A stretch of 64,000 nucleotides of DNA. Source: Pelomyxa schiedti (taxonomy: Eukaryota > Protista > Evosea). The notes beneath the pieces were generated by a model. The model saw nothing but the letters and a program-made list of their open reading frames with translations, searched no databases and was not told the origin of the DNA. The stretch spans positions 1,206-65,205 of the forward strand of contig JAHLWZ010000158.1 of assembly GCA_020536535.1 (NCBI GenBank). The letters are read 5' to 3'. The position numbers and the translations under genes are program-made. Below are positions 10,611 through 22,408 of the stretch, piece after piece (positions within the stretch are counted from its first letter, which is position 1; each line of letters begins with the position of its first letter).

Positions 10611-11855
10611 TTATCTGTGAGTTGTCGAAGTTGCTATGGAGGAGGTTACAGTGAAAGTGTATACCTCTGTGGAAAAATCAATTTTGCAGATTGAATTGGC
10701 ACCAGTTGGGCCTGTAACCTCCACAGATTTGCCAATTTTGTAAAATATGCACCCTGAACATGCAATGACAAGATACAGTGACTCATTTGGCCAAATGGGC
10801 TGAAGAACCCTTAGTGGTTTCATCATCATTGCCCCAGATGAAACGACGTTATTGCAGTCCCAGATTTCAACTGTTTTGTCAACCTTAAAGATACAGTACG
10901 AGAAAGTGCCAAGCCGTGACAGGCACTTCACTTCTGTGGCTAGAAGCTGGCAGGTGCCTGTACTTTCTGCAACTTCCAGCACTGTGCTGTAGGTTTGGCA
11001 CTCCAGGTATTCATAAAGGAAAACACGCTCACCATTGGTTCTGTTCAGGACAAGGGTGGTGAGAAACGTTGGCAGCATGCTTCGTGTTACTTCACATGCT
11101 GTCTCGCTCAGCACAGTAAGTGTACCTGTGTTGAGGGTCTCTTTGACATCAATCACATTGAAGAAGAGGCGAAAACGGTCTTGACGTGATGTAGATGAAG
11201 CCAGAACAATCAGTGCTTCATCAGGATCAAAGTTGCTCAATGTGATTGCCTGTAAAACCTTGTCAGGCGTCTTCAGAATGTTGACATCGGCGGTGGTACA
11301 CCGCCTTTGAGGCAGTTCCTGGTCTGGGTCTGGAACCTTCGGTACCAGTAAGTCGACAACAGTCAGTGCGCAGTAATCAGGATTGCGCTCGTCGTCATAG
11401 TGCAGCCACCACTTGTGATTCGAGCAATTGTAGTGCTCCGAACCGCTGTTCTCATCAGTGAACAGCAGCCGGGGCTTCTGAGACCCCAAGTGCTTTAGCG
11501 ATACACCTTTGGTGTGCCCGGCAGTGTGCGAAATGACCACGAAGGCATCCGGGTCCACCACATCCACGTCGATCGGCAAAACGGTCCATCTAGCAACCAG
11601 CTCGAGGCCTCTTGTAATGCTCATCAAAGCAGCGGAGACTCCAATTGTGAAGTAGGAGCAGGGTGAGCATGGGAACCCGAGCTGGGCCGAGACATCAAAC
11701 ACGACCTCGGTGTCGTGGAGGCACCAGTCCCACAATTGTGAAGTGGTGAGTGGGAGAGACGCGAAGTGGCGTGCCGGGCTCGACGCACCGCATCGATTGT
11801 GGGATGCCATCATCAATGCCATAAGTTGTTCCCGTGCGTTGAGTTGCATCCCCAT
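10611..11855 (-). CDS. Intronless hypothetical protein, paralog of 5643-6905
   Basis: ORF 10611..11882 (start ATG uncertain); AREQLMALMMASHNRCGASSPARHFASLPLTTSQLWDWCL. Confidence 0.8.
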   Translation of the reverse strand: MGMQLNAREQLMALMMASHNRCGASSPARHFASLPLTTSQLWDWCLHDTEVVFDVSAQLGFPCSPCSYFTIGVSAALMSITRGLELVARWTVLPIDVDVVDPDAFVVISHTAGHTKGVSLKHLGSQKPRLLFTDENSGSEHYNCSNHKWWLHYDDERNPDYCALTVVDLLVPKVPDPDQELPQRRCTTADVNILKTPDKVLQAITLSNFDPDEALIVLASSTSRQDRFRLFFNVIDVKETLNTGTLTVLSETACEVTRSMLPTFLTTLVLNRTNGERVFLYEYLECQTYSTVLEVAESTGTCQLLATEVKCLSRLGTFSYCIFKVDKTVEIWDCNNVVSSGAMMMKPLRVLQPIWPNESLYLVIACSGCIFYKIGKSVEVTGPTGANSICKIDFSTEVYTFTVTSSIATSTTHR

Positions 11856-12007
11856 CTCCAAAAATGTGTTTGCTGACATCACTGGATGATTTGAATGAGG
11901 CGGGGACTATGCAAAGTGTGCGTCGCAAAAGAATTTTGATTGACAACCGCGAGATTTCCGATACTCCCTTTTCCAGTGATTTGAACGGTTACAGAGAACC
12001 TCTGCTG

Positions 12008-12662
12008 ATGAACTGTAAATGCGTAGTCATTGGGGACAGCGTAGGGAGCAAGACAGATTTATTGGTTAGCTATGTGGATGGGGGACTACGTACTGAATGC
12101 CCGACTACCGTTTTTGACAACACGACCAAGACAGTGGCAGTTGATGGCCGGTGTATTGATCTCACTCTATGGGATACATCTGGGCTGGAGGACGCCCCCA
12201 ACGTCGTTTGCTTCCTTTCCTCTTCCTTTCTTTTTTCTTTCTATTTCCTTCTTTTTCCAAGACTTTTTGCTTGCACAGAGAGTACTTGCGTACGCAAGGA
12301 ACACCAGTGTTTTCATTGTTGTCTTCTCAGTGGGGCACAGACAGTCCTTTGAGAGTGTGAGCAGAGTATTTCACCCTGAAATTACGAAGCACTCCCCTGA
12401 AACTCCCTACATCCTTGTTGGCACAAGAACTGAGTTGGGAGCACGGAGATTAATAACTTATGAGCAAGGTGTTGCCAAAGCCAAAGAGATAAATGCAGCT
12501 AAATACATGGAGTGCTCAGCAGTGACACATGAGGGCGTGAGGGAGGTGTTTGAGGAAGCTGCAAGGTGTGCCAAGGCTTATGAGCAGGAATGCAGAATCA
12601 AACAGTTGGAAGAAGAGGTGAGTGCACTGAAGAAAGAGCTAACTGCATCTTTAAATGGTTGA
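12008..12662 (+). CDS. Atypical Rho/Rac-family small GTPase (one intron ~12203-12278)
   Basis: KCVVIGDSVGSKT, PTTVFDN, LTLWDTSGLED, ILVGTRTEL, KYMECSAVTHEGVREVFEEA. An upstream in-frame ATG at 11909 is also possible. Confidence 0.85.
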
Positions 12663-12942
12663 AATACTCATGTTGCCACCTAACAAATAATCAAAAAAAA
12701 AAGAAGTGAGCACTATCACAGAACGGAACCAAACACTAAACGCAGAGGTTGAGCACTGTATGCTAGACAATGCCTTACTTTAGGTTCTTAATTAAGATGA
12801 AAATAGTGAAAGAGGGAAACATGAACCTTGAGGCCAGATTTTCAGCACTCACTGATGAAATCCAGAAACAACAGGTTTCTCCAAATCAAATTGACACTTA
12901 AACTTAATTAAGTGCCCCCTAATACAGAAACAAGTTGAACAA

Positions 12943-14048
12943 ATGATTTCATTGATTCCGGCTGATGTTTCTGACTTCACCTTGGAGAAGCTCCTCGGAA
13001 CTGGTGCCAGTGCCGCTGCATTCAAAGTAAGGTTCTCCAACAGCCCTTATCCAGGAAGCACCACAACCACAAGCAAGTCCACCATGGTAATGAAAGTCCT
13101 GTTCAACTGGGAGAGCACTCCAAGGCATACAAGGCTCAGGCAGAAGTACATGGCAGAGTGTGTGATACTATCTTCCATCCCTCCCCATCCAAATATTATT
13201 CATCCCCTTGGTGCACTGGTCATTCCCAGGTGATTGACCCTCTTCAATCTTCTCAATTTTTTTGACAGGTTGTACTTTGAAGGTTGTCTGATGAATTTAT
13301 TGAGCAGATTCCAGTCACCCAACTGGCTTTTCGTGAAATGGCACTGAACAAGTCACTTGCACTGATCATGCCCTTTGGGGGTATCCCTCTGTCCGCCTTC
13401 CTCCAATCCCTTCTTCACTCTCCCTCTTCTCGACCCCCATGGGATGCAACTCTGAACCTATTCTTACAAGCAGTTAAGGCAGTGCACCACCTTGAAAACA
13501 GCAAGGTCGTTCACAGGTTGCCATTTCTCTCTCACAAGAAACACTCAAAAAAAAAAAGGGACATCAAAGAGGACAATCTGTTGGTGGACCCAGAGACACA
13601 CAAACTGTCTCTGATTGACTTTGGGGAGGCCACACAATGCCGCAAAGCTGACCTTGAAGTGACTGTTGCTGCAGACATGCAACTCTGGGGGAATACAGGG
13701 ACGATGCCCCCAGAGCTGAGTTCACTGCTGAGGACACTCAGGGCCACTGGACCAACACCGTTCTCGTATTCCAAGTGCGATTCCTTTGCAGTTGCGGTCA
13801 CGCTCTGGGATGCACTCCTGCCACCAGATAACAAGTTCATTGGGAGCACACTCAACAACAACATGGCCGCATTCACACCCGTCAAGCTATCAAGCATGCT
13901 CCCGGACCCCCTTGAGTTCTTCCCTCCCTGCCAAGGCACACACAGCCGCCTAGCAACCATGAAAGAGGTCATGATCGCGATGATGGCTCCTGAGAAACAC
14001 GCCAGGATGTCCTGCTCGGAGGCCATTCAGTGTCTCTCTTCGTACTGA
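12943..14048 (+). CDS. Ser/Thr protein kinase (2 introns)
   Basis: LGTGASAAAF Gly-loop, VMK, HPNII, spliced HR|DIKEDN, DFG, GTMPPE, KCDSFA; introns ~13230-13282 and ~13517-13558. Confidence 0.9.
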
Positions 14049-14104
14049 CGTCAGCGCCTTCGCAGAAAACATAATAATAATAAATTTGGCTGAGCAAACC
14101 CACA

Positions 14105-15202
14105 ATGAAGCGACGCAGACGTGAAACCACAGTGAAATCAACATCGATACCTGCCTATACACCTTGTGATGACGTCATCCACAGCACGACACCCTCCTCG
14201 ATGTCGTTGCCGCCGTCCTCCTCTCTGGACCAAATGGTTCCTCCCTCAGTCATGGAACTCATTGTTGCTTTCTTATTTTGCCCTCCTTTCCCGACTTCAT
14301 CAACAACAACAGCAACAACAACTTCCTCCCACAAACTTGGCAGGACCAACTGTGTGATCAACTTTGCACTGTGTTCGAGAGCATGCCTTGCTGCGTGCGA
14401 TAGGGTCAGCATGACGATGCGTGTGAGGTCGTTCGTGAGGCCATACCTCAGGCTGGTGATGATGACTGGTGACAGGAATGATGACACAGTGTCTGAAGAG
14501 CTTGTGGAGAGGGACAGTGATGATGAGAGGGAGCTGGAGGAAGCCGCTCGCGGGATACGGAAGGCACTGAGGATAAAGAGCTGGGTAAAGGCGGTGCACA
14601 ATTCGGTGCTGGTGTCCATGAGGAACAAAGTGCCTCGACACAGTGCTCACTTCATCTCATGTGACGTGAAGGAGTGTGCAAACTGCCAACAGAACTGCAC
14701 TGAAGTTGCACAACAGGGAGAAGCGTGGTTCTTCCCCACAACAGCAGCAACAGCAACAACAAAAGCAGTGGTGAGAAGGGACCAGAGGGTATATGTGCAT
14801 ATCCTTGGGGAGATGATAATCCCGATGCAAAATGAGGATGACGACGACCGTGAGGAAGAAGAAAACGAACCACATGCCACCGTGTGGTACTGCATTGCTG
14901 ACACTGGGAATGTTCCACAACCACCACCATTCTGGGAGACCAGACTGGAAATGCAAGATCAGATTCAGGTGCTGAGGCAAGAAAGGGATTCAGGTGCTGA
15001 GGCAAGCGCCTTTGCACCCTGGGTCAAAGTGTATGACACATGGAGTGCATACCCGAAACACCTTCTTGATAAACATGCAGAGGAAGTGAGCCAACTGGCA
15101 GGTGTGGCAGCGTTGTGTGCCCTTGCTGGATTACCAGCAGATCAGGGCAGTAATTTGCTTAAAACTTTGGCAGACGCTGCTGATTGTGCCTGTCTTCTTT
15201 GA
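14105..15202 (+). CDS. Intronless hypothetical protein with F-box-like N-terminal motif
   Basis: 365-aa ORF; LDQMVPPSVMELIVAFLF...(Thr-rich insert)...NFALCSRACLAAC. Confidence 0.65.
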   Translation: MKRRRRETTVKSTSIPAYTPCDDVIHSTTPSSMSLPPSSSLDQMVPPSVMELIVAFLFCPPFPTSSTTTATTTSSHKLGRTNCVINFALCSRACLAACDRVSMTMRVRSFVRPYLRLVMMTGDRNDDTVSEELVERDSDDERELEEAARGIRKALRIKSWVKAVHNSVLVSMRNKVPRHSAHFISCDVKECANCQQNCTEVAQQGEAWFFPTTAATATTKAVVRRDQRVYVHILGEMIIPMQNEDDDDREEEENEPHATVWYCIADTGNVPQPPPFWETRLEMQDQIQVLRQERDSGAEASAFAPWVKVYDTWSAYPKHLLDKHAEEVSQLAGVAALCALAGLPADQGSNLLKTLADAADCACLL

Positions 15203-15487
15203 AGTCTACCATTTGACCATGCTCAAACATATGTTGTGCCACAACACCTCATTATTATTCTTATTTCGTGAACAAAAACGAATGGTGGCAGGAACCCTGG
15301 TCCAGGCCCAACGCCCGCGATATCAACTGCATTTGATGATGCGTCACGATTGATTGCAGATGCTCAGCAGAGGTACTTCGATACAAAAAAAAAGTGAGTG
15401 AATTCTAGAAAAAAGGTGAATTGATTCTTTTCTACCTTGTACACAAAAGTTCTTTTAGGCAACAAAAACAAAAAGCCACAAGTGGGA

Positions 15488-17898
15488 TCAGTTGTTTGCT
15501 TTGGGTTCATCAGTGGAGACGGGTTCCTTTTGCTCTCCAGGCTTTGCTTCAATTGTGATGGGATTGGGAGTTGATTCTGGTTGCGCTGTTGTTGTTACTA
15601 CTTCCTGTTGGGTAGCTGTTGGTGTAGTCGTTTCTATTGTACTTGGCGATTCCGTGTGAACAGTGGCATCATTGATTGTTGGGGGCTCTGTGTGAGAGGA
15701 TGTCCCAGTAATAGAAGAGGATGAGGCTGCAACGCTTGGTTGGGTTGTTGGTGTGGTAGAAGTGGTAGTAGTGGTGGTTGTTGCTGTGGTCGAGGCTTCG
15801 GCTGCTGGGGTGGTTGCGGTTGCTGTGGGTGTGGGGGTGGGGGTTGTGATGGGCGCAGAAAGCGCGGGTGCGGCGGTGGCGGTGGAAGTCGGCGCGGATG
15901 AGGCTGGTGCGGCAGCGTGGTGTATTGTCTCTTGAACAAAGGTGCGGATTTGTTGGATGAAAGTGGGCATGAAGCGCCTATCATGTGTGAAGAAGTGGTC
16001 ACCGTCTTGGTGGACAAACAGGTGCCCGTTCTGTGAGGAAATTAGTGGAAAGCGTGGTGTGCCTTGTTGTTGCTGGAAACCTTAGAAACTTGCATCCACA
16101 AATCTTGTGAGTCGTGGTGGTCTTTGCCTCCATTTAGGAAAAGAAGAGGACCAGAATACTTCGGTAGTTGGATAGCGGGATTAATCGTTTTGAGAATCTA
16201 CGTGTGATGAGGGGACGGATCAAAAAGGGAAAAAGTGGAAAAACCCGAATTTGATCTTCAGCACAATCGAAATAGAGGCCACACCGCAAATTGCATTCAT
16301 CAATGAGATCCTCAGATATGTTGGTCAGATCCATAGAAGCAACGAGTTGTTGAACTACGGTCTAAGCGATGATCAACGAATTTCCCAGAAGGAGATACCC
16401 ACCTTTCGAGGTGCAAGTTTTGTGACACCTTCAAGAACAACTAATCCTAACCGTGCAGCCAGACTTGAACCTGGACCAACATTTTGCCCTGAAAAATACA
16501 TATGACTATCATGGTAAAAAGAAACGAGGAATACATACCAGCACTACAGATAACAGCACCAGCAAATAAATGCGGATGTTCACCCACAATGTGCATTCCC
16601 AAATAGCCACCCAAACTATCACCAACATATATGACTACTTGTCCATCAAGGTTCTGTTCTACAAATTGAGTAACAGTGTCCACTGCCGAGGCAAGGGATA
16701 GAGGCTGAAATAGAAACAAAATGAGAAAGTCACGGATCAAGGATAGAAGGCAAGACCTCATTCATTCGGCTCCCATGTCCAGGTAAGTCAATAGCATAAC
16801 AACGGAACTCAGTTGATAAAGCACGTATCTGAGGGCCCCACATGGAACGGCAGCCACCTCCACCATGAACAAACAACAAAGCAGGAATGGCTGTAAATTG
16901 GAAGTGAGAAATCGCAACGTGAGTGTATTCCCGCATACCGGGATCATTTGAGGGGCCAAAGAAGTCATAGAACTTTGAGTGATCGAGGGAGCTTTGTTCC
17001 TTGAAGCACTTCTTACAGACACGAACCACATTATTGGCACCTTTCTTTCCCTCTGGAAGAATCACGTTCTGGAAGCATTGCGCACATACAACTTTGTGAC
17101 ATCCACATATATGCCTGTGAGTTCATTTCAGACAGATACAAAAATATATTCTTAAATAGGTTTTGCCAGGGGGGAAAAAAAAAACAATAAAATGTTGGAA
17201 CATTTAACTAGAAGTGGATGAGAGCAAAAGCCAAAAACATGATACGTAGTAACATACTTCCAATAGAGTAAACCAAACGCCTTGTTGCACAACTGGCACG
17301 CACTCACTGACGATTTGTCAACAGCCGCTGTACCAGCAGAAGACGTCGACGCCGACGAAGAAGCAGAAGCGGAAGTGGAAGTGGAAGTGGAAGTAGCAGT
17401 AGAAGAAGCTGAAGGCGAAGAAGCTGAGGTAGAAGGTGAGGATGAAGCTGAAGACGAAGCAGAAGCAGGAGAATCAGCGGGAGCCGAAGAAGCAGAGCTC
17501 GAGGCAGTCGAAGCTACTGTACTTTCAAGAGGTGAGGTCGCGACCGCGCCACTTGCAGCAGACTCGGTCGCCGCCGCAGAAGCAGAAGCATAAGCATAAG
17601 CAGAAGCAGAAGCATTATCAGAATCAGTAACGTGGGCAGAGGCCTCGGGCTCGATCACGATCACGGTCGCGGTGCCATGGGGTGCCTCCTCCTTCGCCCC
17701 CGACCCCTCTCCCTCCCCTTTCTTGTCGCCCTCCACCACAGGCACCGGCGCTGGCGACGGCATGGGATCTGCGCTGGGCGCTGCCGCGGTCGTGGTGGTG
17801 GCGCTGGGGGAGGGCTGCGGCTCCGCGTGGTCGCCTGGGGCTGCTGCGTCGCTCGACGCGGTTGTTGTCGCGCGCTCTGTCTGCTGGTCGGTGGCCAT
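15488..17898 (-). CDS. FYVE-like zinc finger + alpha/beta hydrolase, with low-complexity termini
   Basis: CQLCNKAFGLLYWK|HICGCHKVVCAQC...RVCKKC; LLFVHGGG, AIDLPGHG, GDSLGG nucleophile elbow, GDHFF catalytic His. Confidence 0.85.
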
Positions 17899-18050
17899 CG
17901 CCCAATTGATTGTTTTTTTTTTTTTGCGGGGGGGGTGGAATTTCCAGATCTTCGTCTCTTCTTCTCCGAGTCGAAAAAAACCGTGTGCAACAGACGCCTT
18001 TTGGTCTCGGTCAGTGAGGGAAGACCCACAGTGGCACTACCTCCCCCGTA

Positions 18051-20141
18051 ATGGACGAACGAAGCAGCGCGTGCGCAGCCTCCGAGGGCCTCCCAAATAG
18101 CCACCACAGTGGTGACACCCGAAACGCGGTGGTGCACTCGAATTATGGGGCTGCTGATGCTGCTGCTTCTTCTCCTCCTCCTCCGCCTCTTTCTCCTGCC
18201 CAAAGCCCCCCTGCACTGAGCACAAACGAAATGAAACTCTACAGGAGCCAAGGGACTGAGGACCCTGAGCACGAGTTTGACAAATATCCCGTGGGCAATA
18301 ACCTTCCTGGGTCACTTGACCAACCCTTGCATCAAAGAAGTACCTACCATCTTTTTTCCAATTCCTCAAATTAAAGTGGCGTTTCACTGACTGACTGACC
18401 TACCCAACAAATCACATAACAATTAAACAAACAAACTCATTTTTTAACTGTGTGGTGGGGAAACCCTCACAGGTTGGTTTGACAAATTCAAGGACATGTT
18501 GTTTTGGAGTTCACCTACAGCCTCACTGCTCCCTGTGATTGATAACACAGTCAGAGAAGGGGAACCCCTTCTATCTGACACAACTGTGCGCCATGCACCT
18601 CGCCGCATAATTTTGTATCGCTTTTTGGCGGCCTGCATTTGTATGGCACTCACGATAGGCATGTCTAAAATCCAAAATAAAAAAAAAATACAAAATACTG
18701 GACTGCCTCGTTATGTGTCTTAACATGTGAAATAGCACCTTGGGTAGTTCTTGCATTCATCATACAGGACGATATCCAGGACAACAACGAAAATCCATAC
18801 TTTGTGTATGCACTGTTTTCCCACTTTGGCGATAAAAACAACCACCGCGCTGACCACTGTTTCTACAGAACCTGGTTTGTGAGGTCAATGCTATCATGGA
18901 TGACAATAGTTTGGGCGATCTGGTATTTCATAAGAGGGAAGAAGATGCTACGATTAAAACACCAGTTTACCTGGAAGAGATACCTGCTTTCTGCATTTCT
19001 TATGTCCTTTATCATGTTTTTCAGCGCGCTTATGTGGTATGCCAGCCTGTCAGGAATTAGTGTTTCGGGTTCAACTGCTGGTAGATTTGGTTGTCAAGTC
19101 AGCACAACTAAGTTTCTTATTTAGTGTCTGCGTGCACACCAGTCTTTGTATATATATTTGTATGGACACAATACCTCCAGATTCTTTCTTATTCTTCATA
19201 GGCAGTACCCATACTGAAAGAGAGAATTGTGGCTACGAAACTGCTAGCTACTGTCCTATGTGTTGCTGGTGCCTTGATTGTAGCTCTTACTGGTAGGTAA
19301 CTTATTTTTTTTTTTGGATGAATGACTTCCCAAAGCTGTGTCCACTAACGGAAGTGGAAGTTCCGGTGAGTACGTGCAAGACACTCCACTTGGCTATATT
19401 GAAGTGTTTATCAACACTATACTGTGGTCTCTATTTCTGGTATAATCTCGCCACGCAACTCTATATTTGATGGATATTATGAAGGTTTTGTACCAGCGAT
19501 TTGGTGTGGATCATATATTCGAAACTGAACCAACGATAGAGAGAATGATTTTTTATCCTTTCTTATTTGTTGGTGTCTGTGGCCTTATAATGTTTGGTCT
19601 TATGTGGGTCGGTATACCGGTAAAACTCTCCCCCAACCATGTTTGATCCAACAATCGATAGATTCTTTATCTTATCAAAGGGTCTGATACTTTTGCCTGG
19701 CCTTCCTGGAATACGGTGCGGGATTTAATTGGAAGCGCCATTCTATCAGTTTTTGGGGAGATGTACACTTATGTACTTCTCTGTAAACCTCCCTGATCAC
19801 TGTCTAGTACCACTCTCGTTGGCATAGCGTGCTCCTCGGCACTATTCATTTCTATTGGTTCGATATTGGCGTATGTGTTTTATCTTATGTAGACCACGCC
19901 ATACACACCCTCTTCCTAGATTACCCATATCTTCCATATCCGAAGTATACGCATACCACTATCATTTTCCAGGTAAAGCAATCCACACCCGCAATTCGCC
20001 GAGTTCCTCATTCTTTTCCTAGCATGGTCTTATATTGGTATTGTTCTAGTTGTTGTTGGAACAGGGATTCTGTACCTCGACCAAATCAAAGTAATATGGC
20101 TATTCTACAAAAACAGAGCCTACCAACCTGTATGCAATTGA
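18051..20141 (+). CDS. EamA/DMT-family (SLC35F-like) membrane transporter, multi-exon
   Basis: Hydrophobic exons: PYF..TWFVRS, LMWYASLSGISVSGSTA, ILKERIVATKLLATVLCVAGALIV, WSYIGIVLVVVGTGIL. Start uncertain. Confidence 0.75.
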
Positions 20142-20274
20142 TTGTGGCCAAACCCCACAACAAGTCCCAATAGAAAACAAAAATTCAGTACCCCAAACAA
20201 CCCGAAAACAAAGATGATCTCAGATTGGAAAAACCCAAGTTGTCCCTTGTTGTTTCATTTCTGCGAAGAAGAAA

Positions 20275-22257
20275 ATGGGCCGTTCGTCTTGGCTTATTGG
20301 GTTTTGTTCGTGCACAACGTGCAGGTGCTGCGTAGGTGAGATGTCAATTTTGACATTAATTGATTCCCCTGCTAACACTTCTTGTTGTTTCCACGCGTTG
20401 TTCGTTTTTTTTTATTTTTTCCAAATTTTAATTTCTTGTTGCCTTGGGGTGATTATGCAGGGTTCTCCTTTTCACTTTGTGGGAAAAGGATTCCCGTCAA
20501 TGTTTCGGCACTTATTTATGTAATTACATTTTTATCTGTGAGCTCTCTTGCTTGGGCTCTGAGTTCCTATGCGCCAACGTCTGCACTCAGCAACTTCTCC
20601 CCAGGTTTCTGTTGTTAGTGCCAAAACTTTTTTTTTTTTTTAACATTCCACCTCAAGAGTTCTCCAAGTGTGCATCAGATGACAGGTCGTGCTTGCGAAC
20701 TTTACTTGTTGATAGGATGTTGTTTTCATTAGCAGTATGGTTATATTGCTTTACATTGCATCTTCAAAATATGGGCATAATTTTTTTCAACAGCTGTACC
20801 ATGCCATTCACGCAATTCTTCTTGTAAGAGTTCGAACCACCGCAGATTGGAGGAATCAAATTCAAATTGGATGGTGGTTTGTGAAGATATTTATACTAGT
20901 CTTGTGTATTATCATTTCTCTGTTCATACCAAATGAATTTTTCATGGGCTATGGTCAGTAGTGCAAGTACTTTTTTTTTTCGTTCACGAAGAGAAGATTG
21001 GATTGCCATGCTTGGTGCTTCACTTTTTATTCTCCTACAAATTGTAATTCTTATCGATTCTGCTTGTAGCTGGGGAGGTTTTTTTCCCCTCCAGGTTTTA
21101 GTTCTAATCCCCCACAGCCCAATGGGTCAAAAATATGGATGAAACTGACAATAATCCTTATCGCAGCCACTACTGCAATAAGTGGTTGGTATACTCACAT
21201 TGTTCTTCTTTTCTAACAAAATAAGGAAAACGCTACTACTAATTTTTACCTTTGGGCTGTATACCTTTTCCCTTGTTTTGACTGTGCTACTTTATGTAAG
21301 ATTTTTTTTCTATTTCCACCATCCTCCAATGGTTTCAGGTATATTTTACCAATGATTATATTCCTGGAGAGTGCAGTGGTTCACCGTATAATATTACTTT
21401 CATAACGTTGAACATTGTATTTTCCATTGTCGTTGCCGCCATATCTGTTGCTCCAAAGGTTCCTTTCTTTCCCTAGCATACGTTTTTGACTCAAGAAGGT
21501 GAGAGAGAAAAAGCCTGACTCGGGTTTAATGCAGTCGTCAGTTGTCACTGCCTATACAACTTTCCTTGTTCTAAGTTCAATTTCCAGGTGATGTAAGTAT
21601 TAGAACCTAACATGTATCTAACGTCCAGTGTAGTGAGCCGTATTCATGGATGGAGGGTTGCAATAAGTGGACGACAGACTCTAATGGTAGTTCCAAGGCA
21701 GCAACAGTCACTTTAATATTGGTTTGCCAAAAAAACACTTCCCTTTCTGCACTCTTATTCTTTCAGGGAGCTATTCTCACCATTTTGACTGTTGTGTACA
21801 CAACAACAAGTACATCCTATGGGTTGACCTCTTGGGAAAGAATTGCGGCGTACTCCGTAATCAATACAAGTGACCACGAGGAACCGGAAGACTCCTTGGC
21901 TATTACCACGAACGTAGCGTATAATTATTGCATTTTCCACATTGTGTTCGCGCTGGTATTTTCTTAGCGTCACTACAGTTCTTTTTATAACAATTTTGCA
22001 GGGGGCAATGTATGTTGGTCAACTCCTCACCAACTGGCAAGTGCTAACCAAAGACGATTCCTCGTGGGTGCCCTTTACTTTCTACGTGACCACTTACTTA
22101 TTTGTTCAGGATGATGGTAGATAGTGGGGTTGCGGCTGTCTGGATCAAAATGACTTCTGGTTGGTTAGTTATTTGTCTTTACATATGGACTCTGGTTTCT
22201 CCTGTTTTGTTCCCTGACAAGGACTTCACTGCACTTTTCTGTTGTCTTCAACTGTAA
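20275..22257 (+). CDS. SERINC: Serine incorporator (Serinc/TMS) family membrane protein
   Basis: DWRNQIQIGWWFVKI, GASLFILLQIVILID, SGLMQSSVVTAY, YNYCIFHIVFAL, AMYVGQLLTNW, WIKMTSGWLVICLYIWTLVSPVLFPDKDF. Confidence 0.9.
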
Positions 22258-22408
22258 ATTGGATAAACAAAACCCTTTCACAAAAAAATATTTCTTGTGA
22301 AACCGGATTTGAAAAAAATTAACACATACAGCTTACACAGGAGGAAGACTACTTCATCTGTTGGGATGTTAGAAGTCTCGTATGAATGGAGAAGGGGAAA
22401 ACCAAGAT

